In this document: in pieces, positions 51,156 through 64,000 of the stretch
How the letters are laid out: every line of letters starts with the position of its first letter
Numbering within the stretch: the stretch's first letter is position 1
Origin: Schmidtea polychroa
Lineage: Eukaryota
Assembly (NCBI GenBank): GCA_044892525.1
Contig: CM097885.1
Span: 33,482,001-33,546,000, forward strand
Length of the DNA stretch: 64,000 nucleotides
Direction: 5' to 3'
Notes under the pieces: model-generated
The model's database searches: none
Told to the model about the DNA's origin: nothing
Seen by the model: the letters and a program-made list of their open reading frames with translations, nothing else
Made by a program: the position numbers and the translations under genes

Positions 51156-52521
51156 GTAAGTTTGAAAATTTTTGAAAATATTTAAATTTAAATTTAAAAT
51201 ATTTTTCAATCATTGAAATTAATTTATAATTAACCAGTCAAAGTTTACGATCAATGAAAATGTTTTAAGATTATATTGAAATTAATATTATTTTATGTAT
51301 TTTTTGATTTAAAAATAAATATTGATGCTGCAAACTGGATTTATTTAATAAGTATTTCTGACATATACTTATTGTACATCAACGGTTCAGAAATGTTTTT
51401 ATCAAAGCAACTCTGATAATAGTTTTCAACTCTGAATTAGTTTGTCAACTCGATAAAGCGTGCATAAATAATGGGAAAAGCTATGGATCGTCGGAAAGCT
51501 CTCAAGAGATGACAGCAGCAGAAAATTAAATTTTATTTAAAATTTTTAGTTATTTCCTCACTTAATTTTCGATAGTAGAGAATTTAAAAACAAACTAAGA
51601 ATTTAGAATTATAATATATATATATAAAAAATATAAAATTTTAATTTTTTTTAAATGTTTATTTAATAATTATGAAATAAAATAAAAATAATAGAGAATT
51701 TTAAAATAAATGACCATTTTACTCAACGAAGTGTATAAAATAAAAACGTCTTCATTATTATTAAATATGTCAGTATTTTATGATATAGAAATGTTGGCAA
51801 TCGGTTGAGAGTTTAGTTTAGGCCCCGGGATGAATTTATTTATGTGAAGGCATACTAAAAAGAAAGTATAAAGAATTAATAATATTAAAATGACATATTT
51901 TCATGAATTAATTATTTCAATTAAACTGACTAAACAAATGAAATCAAAATAAACATCCAACTCTACTTTGATTCGTATCTTTCTTCAAAAAAATTTATTC
52001 TTTATAATTCTTATTAAATTTCTTTATTCTTTGATAAAAAATTTTTTGGCATTGTTTGTTAATATTTTTATATTAAGTCTTCGATTCTTTTCATCAGCAG
52101 TTAAAAGAAATAATTACTTAATGATTTAATTAATTTTAATTCCCACAAATTCCTCTAAATCGTATTGTAATTAACCAATCACATCATTAATTAACATTAA
52201 AAAATTTGATACTGACTTTCAAACTAATTTGCCCATGTTCTAGTAATGAAGAAACTTAACTCAGTTTATCTTCACATAAATAAATTGCATCATCTAATTT
52301 TATAGGCATTTATTATATTAAACTTCATTTAAAATAAATTTCCATTATAAATCAGATTAATAATAATAAAATTAATAATCATAATAATAATATCGGAAAT
52401 GGTATACCTATTTTTTAATTATGTTTTTATAAAGAATTCCGCGATCAACGAATTAAATAACGTTAATTGTATCAATATGTCTTTTATTTTTTGTCACTTT
52501 TAATCTGTTTTCTTTTTTTTA

Positions 52522-52750
<229 letters not shown>

Positions 52751-52807
52751 AATAATTCACAATTTATTATTATTTTATTATTATCATAAATATTAACTTT
52801 ATTTCAG

Positions 52808-53045
52808 CTTGAGGATTATTTTGAATTGAAATTATCATTTGCTAGTGATATGGAATGTATCTTGCATCTATATGAAAAATACGGGGTAAAATTAATGGCA
52901 TCAAGCCTTGATGGAATGTTTGCAATGATACTAGTTGATACATATTTGAAAAAAGCTTTTTTAATACGAGATGCAATTGGAATAAGACCTCTGTATTTTC
53001 TTAGATATCCAGGAAATTGCATCATGGCTTCGTCTGAGGCCAAAG
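52808..53045 (+). CDS. ASNS: Asparagine synthetase, exon 2
   Basis: Acceptor tttcag. LEDYFE..SDMECILHLY..LDGMFA..RDAIGIRPLY..SSEAKG. Donor gtgag at 53046. Confidence 0.95.
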
Positions 53046-53203
53046 GTGAGCACACTTTCAAATATTTTGTAAATTATTCTACATAATTGATAATTTATAT
53101 ATTTATTTCAAATAATTTAATGAGTCTTATTTAATGTCAATGGTCCGTTGAAACTTTGTTTTCAGTAATTACAATTTGTGAAATCTAATTAGATTTATTC
53201 TAG

Positions 53204-53467
53204 GATTAATAGATATGGCTTTGAGTTCAAAATGTGAAATTGAAGTTGTAATGCCTGGAAATATCGTAGAAATAAACTTGTCACGCAAAGGAGGTGCAAA
53301 AGTTAAGGAAATCAATTCATATTATTTACTTGGACAAAAGCTATTGCATTCAAAGTTTAATCAAAGTGCAAAAACAGAAAATATTTTTCAAAACATTCGC
53401 CAGCTTTTAAAAGATGCAGTTAAAAAGCGATTACAATCTCATAGAAAAATTGGATGTCTTTTATCTG
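53204..53467 (+). CDS. ASNS: Asparagine synthetase, exon 3
   Basis: Acceptor ttctag, in frame. GLID..PG..IRQLLKDAVKKRLQSHRKIGCLLSG. Donor gtaag at 53468. Confidence 0.95.
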
Positions 53468-55468
53468 GTAAGAAAAATATTATTATTATTTATACATTTA
53501 TTATTATTTATACATTTATAAATATAGGAGAAGAATTTTACAGTTTACAATTCATAAAGAATTCATCATTTGTAAAATTTTAGTCTACAAAATCTTTTGT
53601 ACATAGTTCTAGACATCAACCTACTTAGGAATACTTATTATATGTCTTTTCTTCTTTTTGTCACAATGAAAAACTGAAAATGTTTAAGAAACTTGCCTTC
53701 TGATAATCATTGTTTTACTTACCTTATGAATTGCAGAGAGGCGTCAATAACTTCATATTTGATAAAAATAATTGTTTTTAGTGAGATTTTACATCGAGAG
53801 AAAATACAAATAAATAGTGAAATTCTCAATCATTTCACCAGTTAATTATTTGTATAATTTTCCATTTTCTTTATCTTTTTTTATATTTTGAATTAATAAT
53901 TTTATTTATTTTAAACTAATTTTTAAAATAACCTTTTTGATAACATTTTTATTATTAATATTTTATCATCAATTTATTTATTTAAAAAGAAATAAATATA
54001 TTATTTTATATTTTATTGGATGATTATTTTACATTTAAATCAAATACGATAATGTTCAGAAAGACATATATGAGAGATATTATCAGATTAGAGCAAGATG
54101 TCGAAAAATGTGTTTAGACGCTTTGAAATTTCGACTTCTTTCTCCAGAAAGATTAAGGAAATATATAAAGTAATCATGGTTAAATGCCTTTTAAAGATTT
54201 GTGAGTTTGACATAACTTACACTATATCCAAATCAGATCTGCTTCAAACAAACAATTTAAAATAACATTAACGTGATATTTTTGTAGTCGCATAGAAAAT
54301 ACACCAATACATAATTGACTCAATTATGTTGTCATTTTTCAACACGATTTTTATGAATAGAACACGTTGTATTTCGCTTTATTCCATGATCTTTATCATT
54401 TTGTCTAAGTAATTGTGCGTGTATTCATCGGGTAGTGTATACAATTTTCTACTTATATCATATTGAGTTTGTAAATGGTGTATCATATTATAAAAACAAA
54501 CGACTACAGTTGTCGAACTGCTACTATCTGTAAATATATTTAAGACTGCATTTTGAATAGAAGTGTATCTGTAAATAGACAGATTTTGACATGAATGTTT
54601 ATTGAGTAATCATAAATAACAGCTGGTAATTTACCAAATATTTACTTGTAAAATGAATTTAAAATTGTTAAATAATTGTTAAAGTCTGGTAAATTCTAAA
54701 ATCTATTTTATGACATAACAGTTCAAGTATGCATATCTTTAGACTATTTCATAATAATGAACATGAAATATGATAGATGTTTCAGATATACAATAACATA
54801 CACATACGCTTCAAACCATTCACGATAATTATTAATTAGGTAATTTAATTAATTTATATTACTTAAACCCTCCCTGCTTCAATATTCCGAATGCTCTTAG
54901 AACGTTTCCATGGGACCTCTGTATCGATTCTCATCTTTATTTCGTAAATCTAACTAATACTTTATCTTCAATCTTGAAAGTTCTATGAATAACGATTAGT
55001 GTTATTACACTATTTCATTGCTTGCATTACTCGCAGCTGCGTCCTATTGATATTTTCTCTATATAGTCCGGTATGTTTTTATTTGTTGTTTCAAGTGAAA
55101 AAGGTAGGAAAGGGCTGTGTCGAAAATTCATGAATATCAAAAAACATCGATATCTTTACTGATTCATAGTCAATTTTATTTTATAAATGAAAAGAAATCA
55201 GAGGTGAAAATCTAAAGAAATTCTTATAATATTAATTAATTAATTAGCTTGTTTGTTTATTTTCAATTCTAAAAAGTGCTATAAATAATTATAAATTTTA
55301 TTTCTCTTTATTAACTATAATATATTTGCATTAATAAAGATTAAAAAAATAATGCAAAAATGTAAATGCAAATAGTTATTATTGCTTCTCACTATACACA
55401 TTAATTTATTATTGTCAGATGTAAATCACATTGAGGTTTTTCATGATATTAGTTATATTAATTATATT

Positions 55469-55507
<39 letters not shown>

Positions 55508-57069
55508 CACCAAGAAGTGAATGAAATATTAATTACATTTTAATAATTGCTATTACTATTTCAGCGGATCATGAATTTAATTCTCCCTAATAAATTTACA
55601 GATTGGACAAAATAAAAATTCCCTATAGTAAAGAATTAAAAATACGCCGATCCCTCGCATAACGCGGATGAACCGTCTTATTAGTTAGAACAAACTTTTA
55701 TTGCTGATCAAATGGGTGTATACTGATGAAACATGTCCCCCTTTTCCAAAAATTTATTTGCCTCGTTCTATATGGTTAAGTGTAACACGGTGATCTAGCA
55801 GAACTTATGTTCCATGTTAAGTAAGGAATGGATGCATACTTAAAACAAAAATTAAATATATACTATTTATTTAAAAATTAAATTACGAAATTTGCTAAAA
55901 GATATCTAAATTTACAAAGAATAAATTTCCGGAATTGCGAAATTTCGGATATTAATAAAAAATTCGATCATTGAAGACTGAGGCAAAAAATTATTTTATA
56001 TTATGCAATGCTCGAATATATATAAGATAGGATTTGAGATAATAATATGATAAGAATACTAAATCAAACCAACGGCTCTGAAACTATGAATAAAGAAAAG
56101 TATAAAATTGGCAAAAGAATATTGTTGCTATTGAGTCCAGAATACATACTGCTTGAAGGAGAAAAGTAAAAAATTTTCTCAACGTTATTATTTATTAAAT
56201 GTATTGCTGAAATTAAATTAACAAATACGTTTAATACATTGAGAATTGTAGATATTTTACAAATTGAATATATTTTTCATAAGTTCCAGCCATTCACTCT
56301 AGCCATGGCAAATGTTTGCGTCATAAGCTATTATCGGGAAAATTGGTTTGAGAAACATTTTCCGTTTTATCACGGGAAGCATCAACAATAATCATACAAC
56401 AATAAATTATACAACAGAAATAACAGAAATTATTATTTTATATATAATTTATAAAGAAGTGACAGAAAATTTATTCTTAATTGTATTTATTGAAAAAATT
56501 CACGATTTATTTTTCACATGACAAATATTATTGAAATTAATTATGATCAGAAAATGTTGAGATTAATTAATTTGAAGATAATTGTGGCAAAGATAAAATA
56601 AATAATTACCTTTCGAGAATAAATGTTTAAAACATTTATAATTGGCAAATTTTTAATGGTAAAAATTAGAATAAATATTTTACATTAAATTATATATGAA
56701 AAAGCTAATGTGTAACATTATTAATAAAGCAGTATTTAAAGTTCAACACATTACGTAATTATGTTAAATTATATATACAGATGATGACGTGTTTGTGTTT
56801 GTAGTACACCGCGTTACATTTGATAAAAACTACCTAGAATATAAAAACATAACCAGTAAATTATATTATAACAAACGTACATATATGTATATGTATATGT
56901 ATTTATATATGTATATATGCTGGAAGTAAGCAGCTACACCTGCCAATTTATTATAAGAACAAGTGGAAAATTTATAGTGAAACATAAAAGCGAAGTATAT
57001 GCAATTTCCATAACAAAATAAACATGCAACCCAGCAATAAAATACCACCTGAAAGAAATACCAATTTTT

Positions 57070-57441
57070 GGTACTTCCGTGTTATCTTACCCCCAAAAAT
57101 TAAATTAAAAAAGAACACATAATTATTATATTTATTTTCTAAATCACAGTTAAAAACTCAGCAAATGTTTGTAAAGAGTTTTTAAATGGTCATCCAGTTG
57201 GCCAGGAAACCACAATGTCGCTGAGAATATGTCGAACACATCGACACTGTTGCTTAGAACACGTTTGCGCCCCATAAACTCACATTATCACATAATCACA
57301 TAAATTACAGATATCCTTAATAAATTCATGTTCAATAATGTTCAATAACGTCATCAATAATGTATTCTCTCATTTTTTATATTGTTATTTTAATTGTATT
57401 TTATAATTTAATTTTTGGGGGTAAGATAACACGGAAGTACC
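57070..57441. mobile_element. MITE with a 38-bp perfect TIR and 8-bp TSD (Merlin- or Mutator-like), in ASNS intron 3
   Basis: GGTACTTCCGTGTTATCTTACCCCCAAAAATTAAATTA and its exact reverse complement. CAATTTTT duplicated at 57062-57069 and 57442-57449. Confidence 0.9.
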
Positions 57442-59082
57442 CAATTTTTAAGAAAGAATTTATTTTAATGACATTGAATTACATTTCCTCGAAGCACACT
57501 TTCATAGTGGAATACGAAGAAAGAAATTCGTAAGTTTTACTTGTTTATTATTACTAATTGTTGTTAAATTATTGCTAAAAACTTATTTATCCCACATTAA
57601 ATTTGTCTTATAAAATATTTGATAAATCTATAAATTATGGGCGATTGGGTTTATAAATTTTTAAATTTGGATAATATTTAGGAATTACAAATAACTTAAA
57701 TTCCACATAAATAATTTAAAATGTGAAATTTCCATATTTTCTTATAAAATTTTGACAATAATTTTTTTGCGGTATTCATTCATTTTACTTTGTATTCAAA
57801 ATTTACAGGCTCACCTTACAAAGTTTATATGAAATGCAATGCGGTGTACAGATTGTTGTGCAAACCGATAGATGAGTCATAATTGGTCGGAAATTAACTT
57901 TTCGAAATTATGAATTTAAAAATTTGTTTTTTTGAAATTTTACAATTTTAAGTTTTAATAATTTTTAACTTAAGTTTTTAAACTTACTGTTTTAATATTA
58001 TTCAGAACATATTTTTATTTTATGTATGTATTTTAGGAGGAAATTGTTCATAAAATAGTGCTTTTAGGCTTTTACATTGACTTCCAATTTTTACTTTTCA
58101 AATTTGAAAATTAGAAATATAAATAAACATTTTGGTAACCATATTAACCGTTTATATTCGTTTTATCAGTTTATTTTTTTCATTTATTTGAATTCAGTAG
58201 AGTTTTCGCAATTAAATTTGAAATTTGTATCTGTCATTGTTTTTTCAAAAAATAAAAAATAAAATTTTTTTTCCATACAACATTTCTACATATCGAAAGT
58301 TTACTATATATAATGTTTGTATGTTCAATTTATTTTTTTCACAACTTTTTCAATTTCTATATAAATGATTATATTCCATGCAACATTAAATGTCTGCACA
58401 CATGTAAGTTTGTATGTTTATATAATATAAACTTATTGAATATTTTTAATGTTTATGTTTTTAATGTTTTATATATATAATCCATGCAAACAGTATAGCA
58501 TATGGAAAAATAATGTGCAAAATGATGTGTTTTGAATAAATTAGGATTTTAAATATAGTAGATATGGTGTTTTGTTTTAAAAATTTACACAATTAAAATG
58601 ATTTTATAAAATGTAAAAGTTTTCAATAAATTTTAAATGAAATAATGAAATGACTTTGTATGTGATTAATTAAAAATAAAATCTATTTAGAAAAAAAATA
58701 ATTATTTGGCTTATAATTTGGCATTTATAATCTCTAAAACCTTCTGAGTACGGCAATACCAACACAAATTTACTAAACATTTCTTTTATTACTAAAATTA
58801 ATAAAACTATTGAGTTTAATAATATTAATTTCCGACAAAGAATGAGAGAAATTTAGTGTCCATCAAAATCTTAATCATTTAAAAAACTTTTACAATTTAT
58901 TAAAATAAGACTTTATTATATGTAAAATAATAAATTATGTAGGTTTGACCCCAACATGTTATAAATTATGCTTTTATTATTGAGGGTACCTTAAAATTAT
59001 TTTTTCAGTGTACTCAAAACTAAAAATATATGTCTAGCACTTATATTATGTACATGTAATGATGTAAAGTTTTTATTTCCAG

Positions 59083-59222
59083 GAGGTCTTGATAGCAGTA
59101 TTGTGGCTGGTTTGATTTGTGAAATTTACAAAGAATCCTCAGGTGAAAAGAATTCTCCACAGTTAGAAACATTTTCCGTTGGAATGAGTGAAGATGGAGT
59201 CGATCAAATATTCGCTAACATG
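59083..59222 (+). CDS. ASNS: Asparagine synthetase, exon 4 (gene incomplete in window)
   Basis: Acceptor tttccag. Completes SG|GLDSS (PPi-binding loop): GGLDSSIVAGLICEIYKE...LETFSVGMSEDGVDQIFANM. Donor gt at 59223. Missed by the ORF track. Confidence 0.93.
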
Positions 59223-60967
59223 GTTAATTATTATTTTATTTATTAATTACTTTTAATATCGTTTTACTTTTATTGTCTCTGATTTTTCTGTATAAAAACA
59301 TAAACCAAACTATTCCAAAAAGAAATAATTTATAAAATTTATCAATATGAAAATCAACAAATTTAAAATTATAAGATTTAAAAAATTAACCTTTATTTAC
59401 ACAAAACGAGTTATCGAAATTTGGTTGAATGTCTTAAATAATGATTACTCACATAATATGGACTCGTGAACATGACTACAGTAGTGAGTAAAATATGTGT
59501 AAAACTATAGAATTCCAATTTTTTAGGTAAACAAGAAAAAAAATATTTGTTTTATACAAAAAACAACATATTAATCTATAGCTTAGAACAGAGGTTCCCA
59601 ATCTTTGTTAGATATTTTATCTGTTAGTAGAGTATAACACCATGGTGTACCTAAACATGTACCTAAACATGTGCTATAAACCTTTACGCTGAGCATGAAT
59701 GTGATTGACGTAGAAAAAAATATTACACAAAATTGTCAATCTTTTAATTTTGTTTCTAATTTCATCTATTACAATGTAGTAGAACTTGTGTAAATTGATG
59801 GCAATTGTTTTCTTATTTTTACTTCCATGAGATTAAAATAAGCCGTTTTTAGAGATCCTTATAACTTGATAATAAATGTAGATTACAAATGGAGGTGTAT
59901 AAAAAGAAGAGATTATTTCAAAGACAATTCAAAGAATGTTGTCAATAATTGAAATAGATCTATCTTTTAGAATCATAACGTAAGACCACATCTTCGTTAA
60001 AAACACTAAAAATAAAATAAAAAATTAAATGTAAAAGACTAATTTTATTGAAGAATACTTGAAAACTGCCATCAAGATGTAAAAATGTGACTAATATCAA
60101 TATAAGTTACACTGCTAATAAAACCTTAATGAACAATATTAAAATATGTAACTTTCTTTAATATAATGCGGACAAAATCTTTCGGAAGATTTTTTTTAAT
60201 AATATTATAATAATTATTTTATTTTGCCCATATAGAAACTATTTTAATCATTTTTTTATTATCACATAATTTTTTTTAAATACTTGAGAAATATTTGAGA
60301 AAAAATGACGATGGCGCCTGAAAAGTCGACTCCTATATTTGTGGCCTTAATATAATTCGAAATAAAAATAAAATTCAAACTTATAAATATTAAAAACCTT
60401 TTGACCATTTCTGAAATGTATTCAATCATCAAATAGAAAGTTAATTAAGAATTTCATTTAATCAATTTATAAATAAAAAAATTGAAATTAATTTTTTTAA
60501 TTTTGAATAGATTATGTTAGTAAAAAAATATTCAATTAATAAAAACTTCATTGTTTTTTTTAAAAAAATTCAAAAGCTACTTGAAAAAAATCTTAATCAC
60601 TGCAATTAAATATTAATTTATTTTATTTTATTTTCAAATCTTATCTGCTTTTTTTAAATGTAAATTAATTATTAAAATTGTAGAAAAACAACAATTAAAA
60701 AATAATTAAAAACATATTTTTTATTATGAACGTCAAATAATTTATTTGGAACTTATGTTTCCCTTCAAATAAAACACTCATTTCTGTTAAAATGTTTAGA
60801 AATAAGAACTTGACGTGACGTTGACAAGATAAGTGAATCAAAATATTATTTAAAAATATATAAAATAAAATAAATACATTTTTTAAATATTTTTAAATAC
60901 GAGAAAAGAATTTAATCTAATAATTTAGATTTATTAAAAATTTAGATTGATTTAATATTATTAGTAG

Positions 60968-61973
60968 TGTTGAGGTCTGTAAATTAAAATTAAAAAATTA
61001 AATAAAATTTAGGATAATAATTCAAATGGAAAGTAAGCGAGGAAAAAAGGCAAATAAAAGCGGGATCGTGCACAGAATCAATAGTAAAAGAAACTGTGAT
61101 GGAAACAGTATTAGAAAATGCAAAAAGCAATTACGAAAGGCGAGAATCCGGAAATCCGAGAAAAATCAATAAATGGAAAAATCATCGAAATCGAATGGGA
61201 AAAACGGGACAGGTATAGATTAGCTAATGGTCAACAAGATGATGGTTAGGGATTTATCAGAAAAGGGTTAGAAGGGTCGAAAAACATTCAAACGTATGAA
61301 AACAGAAAACGTTAATTAATTAATTAATTGGCTAATGGAAAACCCGAGCTGGGTAAACAAGAAGAAAGGCAAAAAAAAGGAAGATTTTGGCCCATTAGCT
61401 TGACACAATGATTAATGGGAAAAGAGTAAGGAGAAGATAGCGCGCGTAGGAAAACCGGTAGGGCCATTAATTATCTGGATTCGTTGGACCATTATGGGTG
61501 ACAGCCGAAGCAAACACTTAGGAGAAAATGTCAAACGAAAGATTGGCTCGGCAATAACCATTTGTCATCCTGATTTCGAGGAGTATATAAGCAAAGGGAA
61601 AATCAGAGAAAATCGGCATTCTGCCTCAGCTAGGGTTCGAAGAATTAGACTGTAGGAAAAGCTGGTAGACGAATTAGGGAAAGTAGGGAAAAGAAGAAAT
61701 AGAATTAAGAATACGGAAAGGCGAAAAGGGATCAAACCAAACAGAAACCGAGGAAAACGAGAGTCAAGAGAACTAAAGGATCAAAAGGTGAATACTGTTT
61801 GTTTGCAAAGCATCAACGTCGAGCGCAGAATCGTATAAAACTTTGATCAGTAATTGTAGCGTGATAATAAATTGTGAACCTGTTGTTTCAATATACGTTG
61901 GGTCGTTCATTGTTTTGATTTAAAGAACACAGGAGTCAGAGAGAACCGACTTGAAATAATCCAAAACCCAACA
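60968..61973 (+). mobile_element. Solo LTR (1006 bp) in an ASNS intron
   Basis: TGTTGAGG...CCCAACA termini with 4-bp TSD GTAG on both sides. TATATAA at ~61584, AATAAA at ~61866, and GGAGTCAGAG near the end as in LTR 34633-35334. Confidence 0.88.
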
Positions 61974-62328
61974 GTAGCAATGAAGAAAAGGTGCTATGTC
62001 ATAGGAGAATGCTGGTTTTGAAATCAGATATTGAGAAAAAATTGAGTTTTAATTCAATAACTAAATAAATAACAATAGTACAAGTATAAGAGAAAATAAA
62101 ACTATTTTAGATTTTGGAAACTACCAAAAACAAATTACAGTAATAAAGCCCTCGACCACAAGCCATATATTCACTTTTGAATGTAAATAACCTATAAGCA
62201 AGTCATTCAAGTCATTAAAAGTTAAAAGCATCATAAAGAACCAAAAACATTTAATTTGTTTAATTATAACGTAATTTATGACGAACTATAAAAATTATAT
62301 CAAGAACATTGATATCTTTGTAAATGTC

Positions 62329-62493
<165 letters not shown>

Positions 62494-64000
62494 GATTTTG
62501 CTAAAATTCTTAATTATTTTCGCTTTAATTCACCCTTATGCTCAATTATTCGGTCACAAACGGGAAAGAGCCCAGTAATATTTATATCAGATTTGAGAAT
62601 GACACTACTCCATATGTCACTCTGAATAACACTAAACTGCTATATAAATAAATACATTTAACAAATTACAAATTAAGCATACGAAAAGCTAAAACTGGTG
62701 TAAAAATAACTAAAGTTTCCAATTGCATTTAAGAGCGATAAATTGTGATCTGATAAAATCATATAGTCTTTTTTTATTATTTTAAAAATATTCGTTAACT
62801 TCTAATTTTTTAATTAATTTTTAATTAATGTCGTTATTATTATTTTTTATATTTTTCATACAAAATAATAGTAAAATAAAAAGTATATATTGTGTCTCAA
62901 GAAAATGGTCAGCCCAAGGAAAGTCATAATTTTTACCTGAGTAAATAATAAAAAAACAAATATTTCTTCATTAGTTAATTTATTTCGTATGTTTTCCATT
63001 TGTCATTATCGTAATTGATTAAAATCAAAGAAAATCTTTTGAATTTTTACTTGAAGTAAATTTGTTTTGTTAATTGCAAAGAAATCCATCACAAACTCCA
63101 AATCATTCTCGAAAATTTTGTTTTTTTATAAGAATAGTAATCTTTGATAAAAGAATCCATCTGTTTCTTTTTTTAATTTAAACAAAATAATTATATTTTT
63201 GAGAAAAATGTTTAACTTTAATTCGATGAATAAAATAACAAATGGTTAAAATATAAATAACAAATTATGTATAAGCTCAAAAGAGAAAAACATTCTTTTA
63301 AGAAATACTCATTGAGATCTCTATTCATATGCGCGCTTTTGAGTGAAGAATATTGCACATCTACTGTAATCTACCTGTTTTACCATCTTTCACTAATTAA
63401 AAATAAAAATATTGGTTGACTATCCTTTTGCTGAATACAATTATATAGTTAAGACAAATAGATTCTTTGTTTTCTTTCTTCTATAGATAAAAGAAACGCG
63501 AACATTTTCAGGCTTCCGTTGCTTATATTGAATGGTCACAAACGAACCTCTAAAAACAAAATGAGAAGTTAATTACGTTCTTTGTCACAAAGTTTAATTT
63601 CAACCATTGATGGAGGTCACAATAGGTATAGTAGAATCTTCGAAAAGTCATTTACCATAAATATTGAACAAACAATTTGAGTAATTTATATACCATGAGA
63701 AGTAATTTGTGATATTAAATAACTACTTACTTCATATTAGTAAGTACATGTTAGGTGTGTGCAAGCTGACACTATGGTTTTGTCAATATATTATATCATT
63801 TTGAAAAAGGCAGTGCCAAAAATTCGTGAGTATCATAAAAACATCGATATATTACTGATTTATAGTCTTCAAGCTCTCTTTTTAATATATACTTATATTT
63901 ATTACGTTGCGGTATTTTATGAGTATTTTACGTTGCAGTATTTTAAAATAATGAGTTTAGTAATTAATATGTGTTGTTCAAATATATGTTTGTGCGAATA

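Noticed and set aside
52284..52292. ATTGCATCA (C/EBP-ATF amino-acid response element) in ASNS intron 1
   Set aside because: A 9-mer of this composition is expected roughly once per window by chance, and it is 1.4 kb downstream of the start codon.
59589..59700. Charlie-type TIR start CAGAGGTTCCCAATCTT
   Set aside because: No matching right TIR or TSD found.

Overview
This is AT-rich, repeat-dense eukaryotic DNA, most likely from an invertebrate animal; the host genes use the standard code and GT-AG introns. There are three host genes on the + strand: TMEM50 (12938-13448, one 40-nt intron), INSIG (exons 26325-26493 and 30770-31191) and the 5' part of asparagine synthetase ASNS (four exons, 50907-59222, continuing beyond what can be traced). 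Most of the rest is mobile DNA: two full-length but disrupted Buster/Charlie-type hAT elements with 8-bp TSDs, several MITEs, Ty3/Gypsy gag-pol remnants, an LTR+PBS+gag unit, a solo LTR, a Polinton/Maverick-type DNA polymerase B fossil, and Tc1/mariner and Mutator-like fossils. The most unusual region is about 13.7-25.5 kb. It is a nested block ending in LTR-like termini, with no recognisable gag or pol. It carries small spliced orphan genes on both strands: a coiled-coil family with an E-x-T-W-F-x-P-x-x-M motif (third copy at 33.3-33.7 kb beside related LTRs) and an AT-hook protein. It also holds two copies of a ~230-nt fold-back motif with covarying stems and GNRA loops, a structured leader, and a ~110-bp G-box tandem array. 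All translations and alignments were done by eye and no database searches were run.
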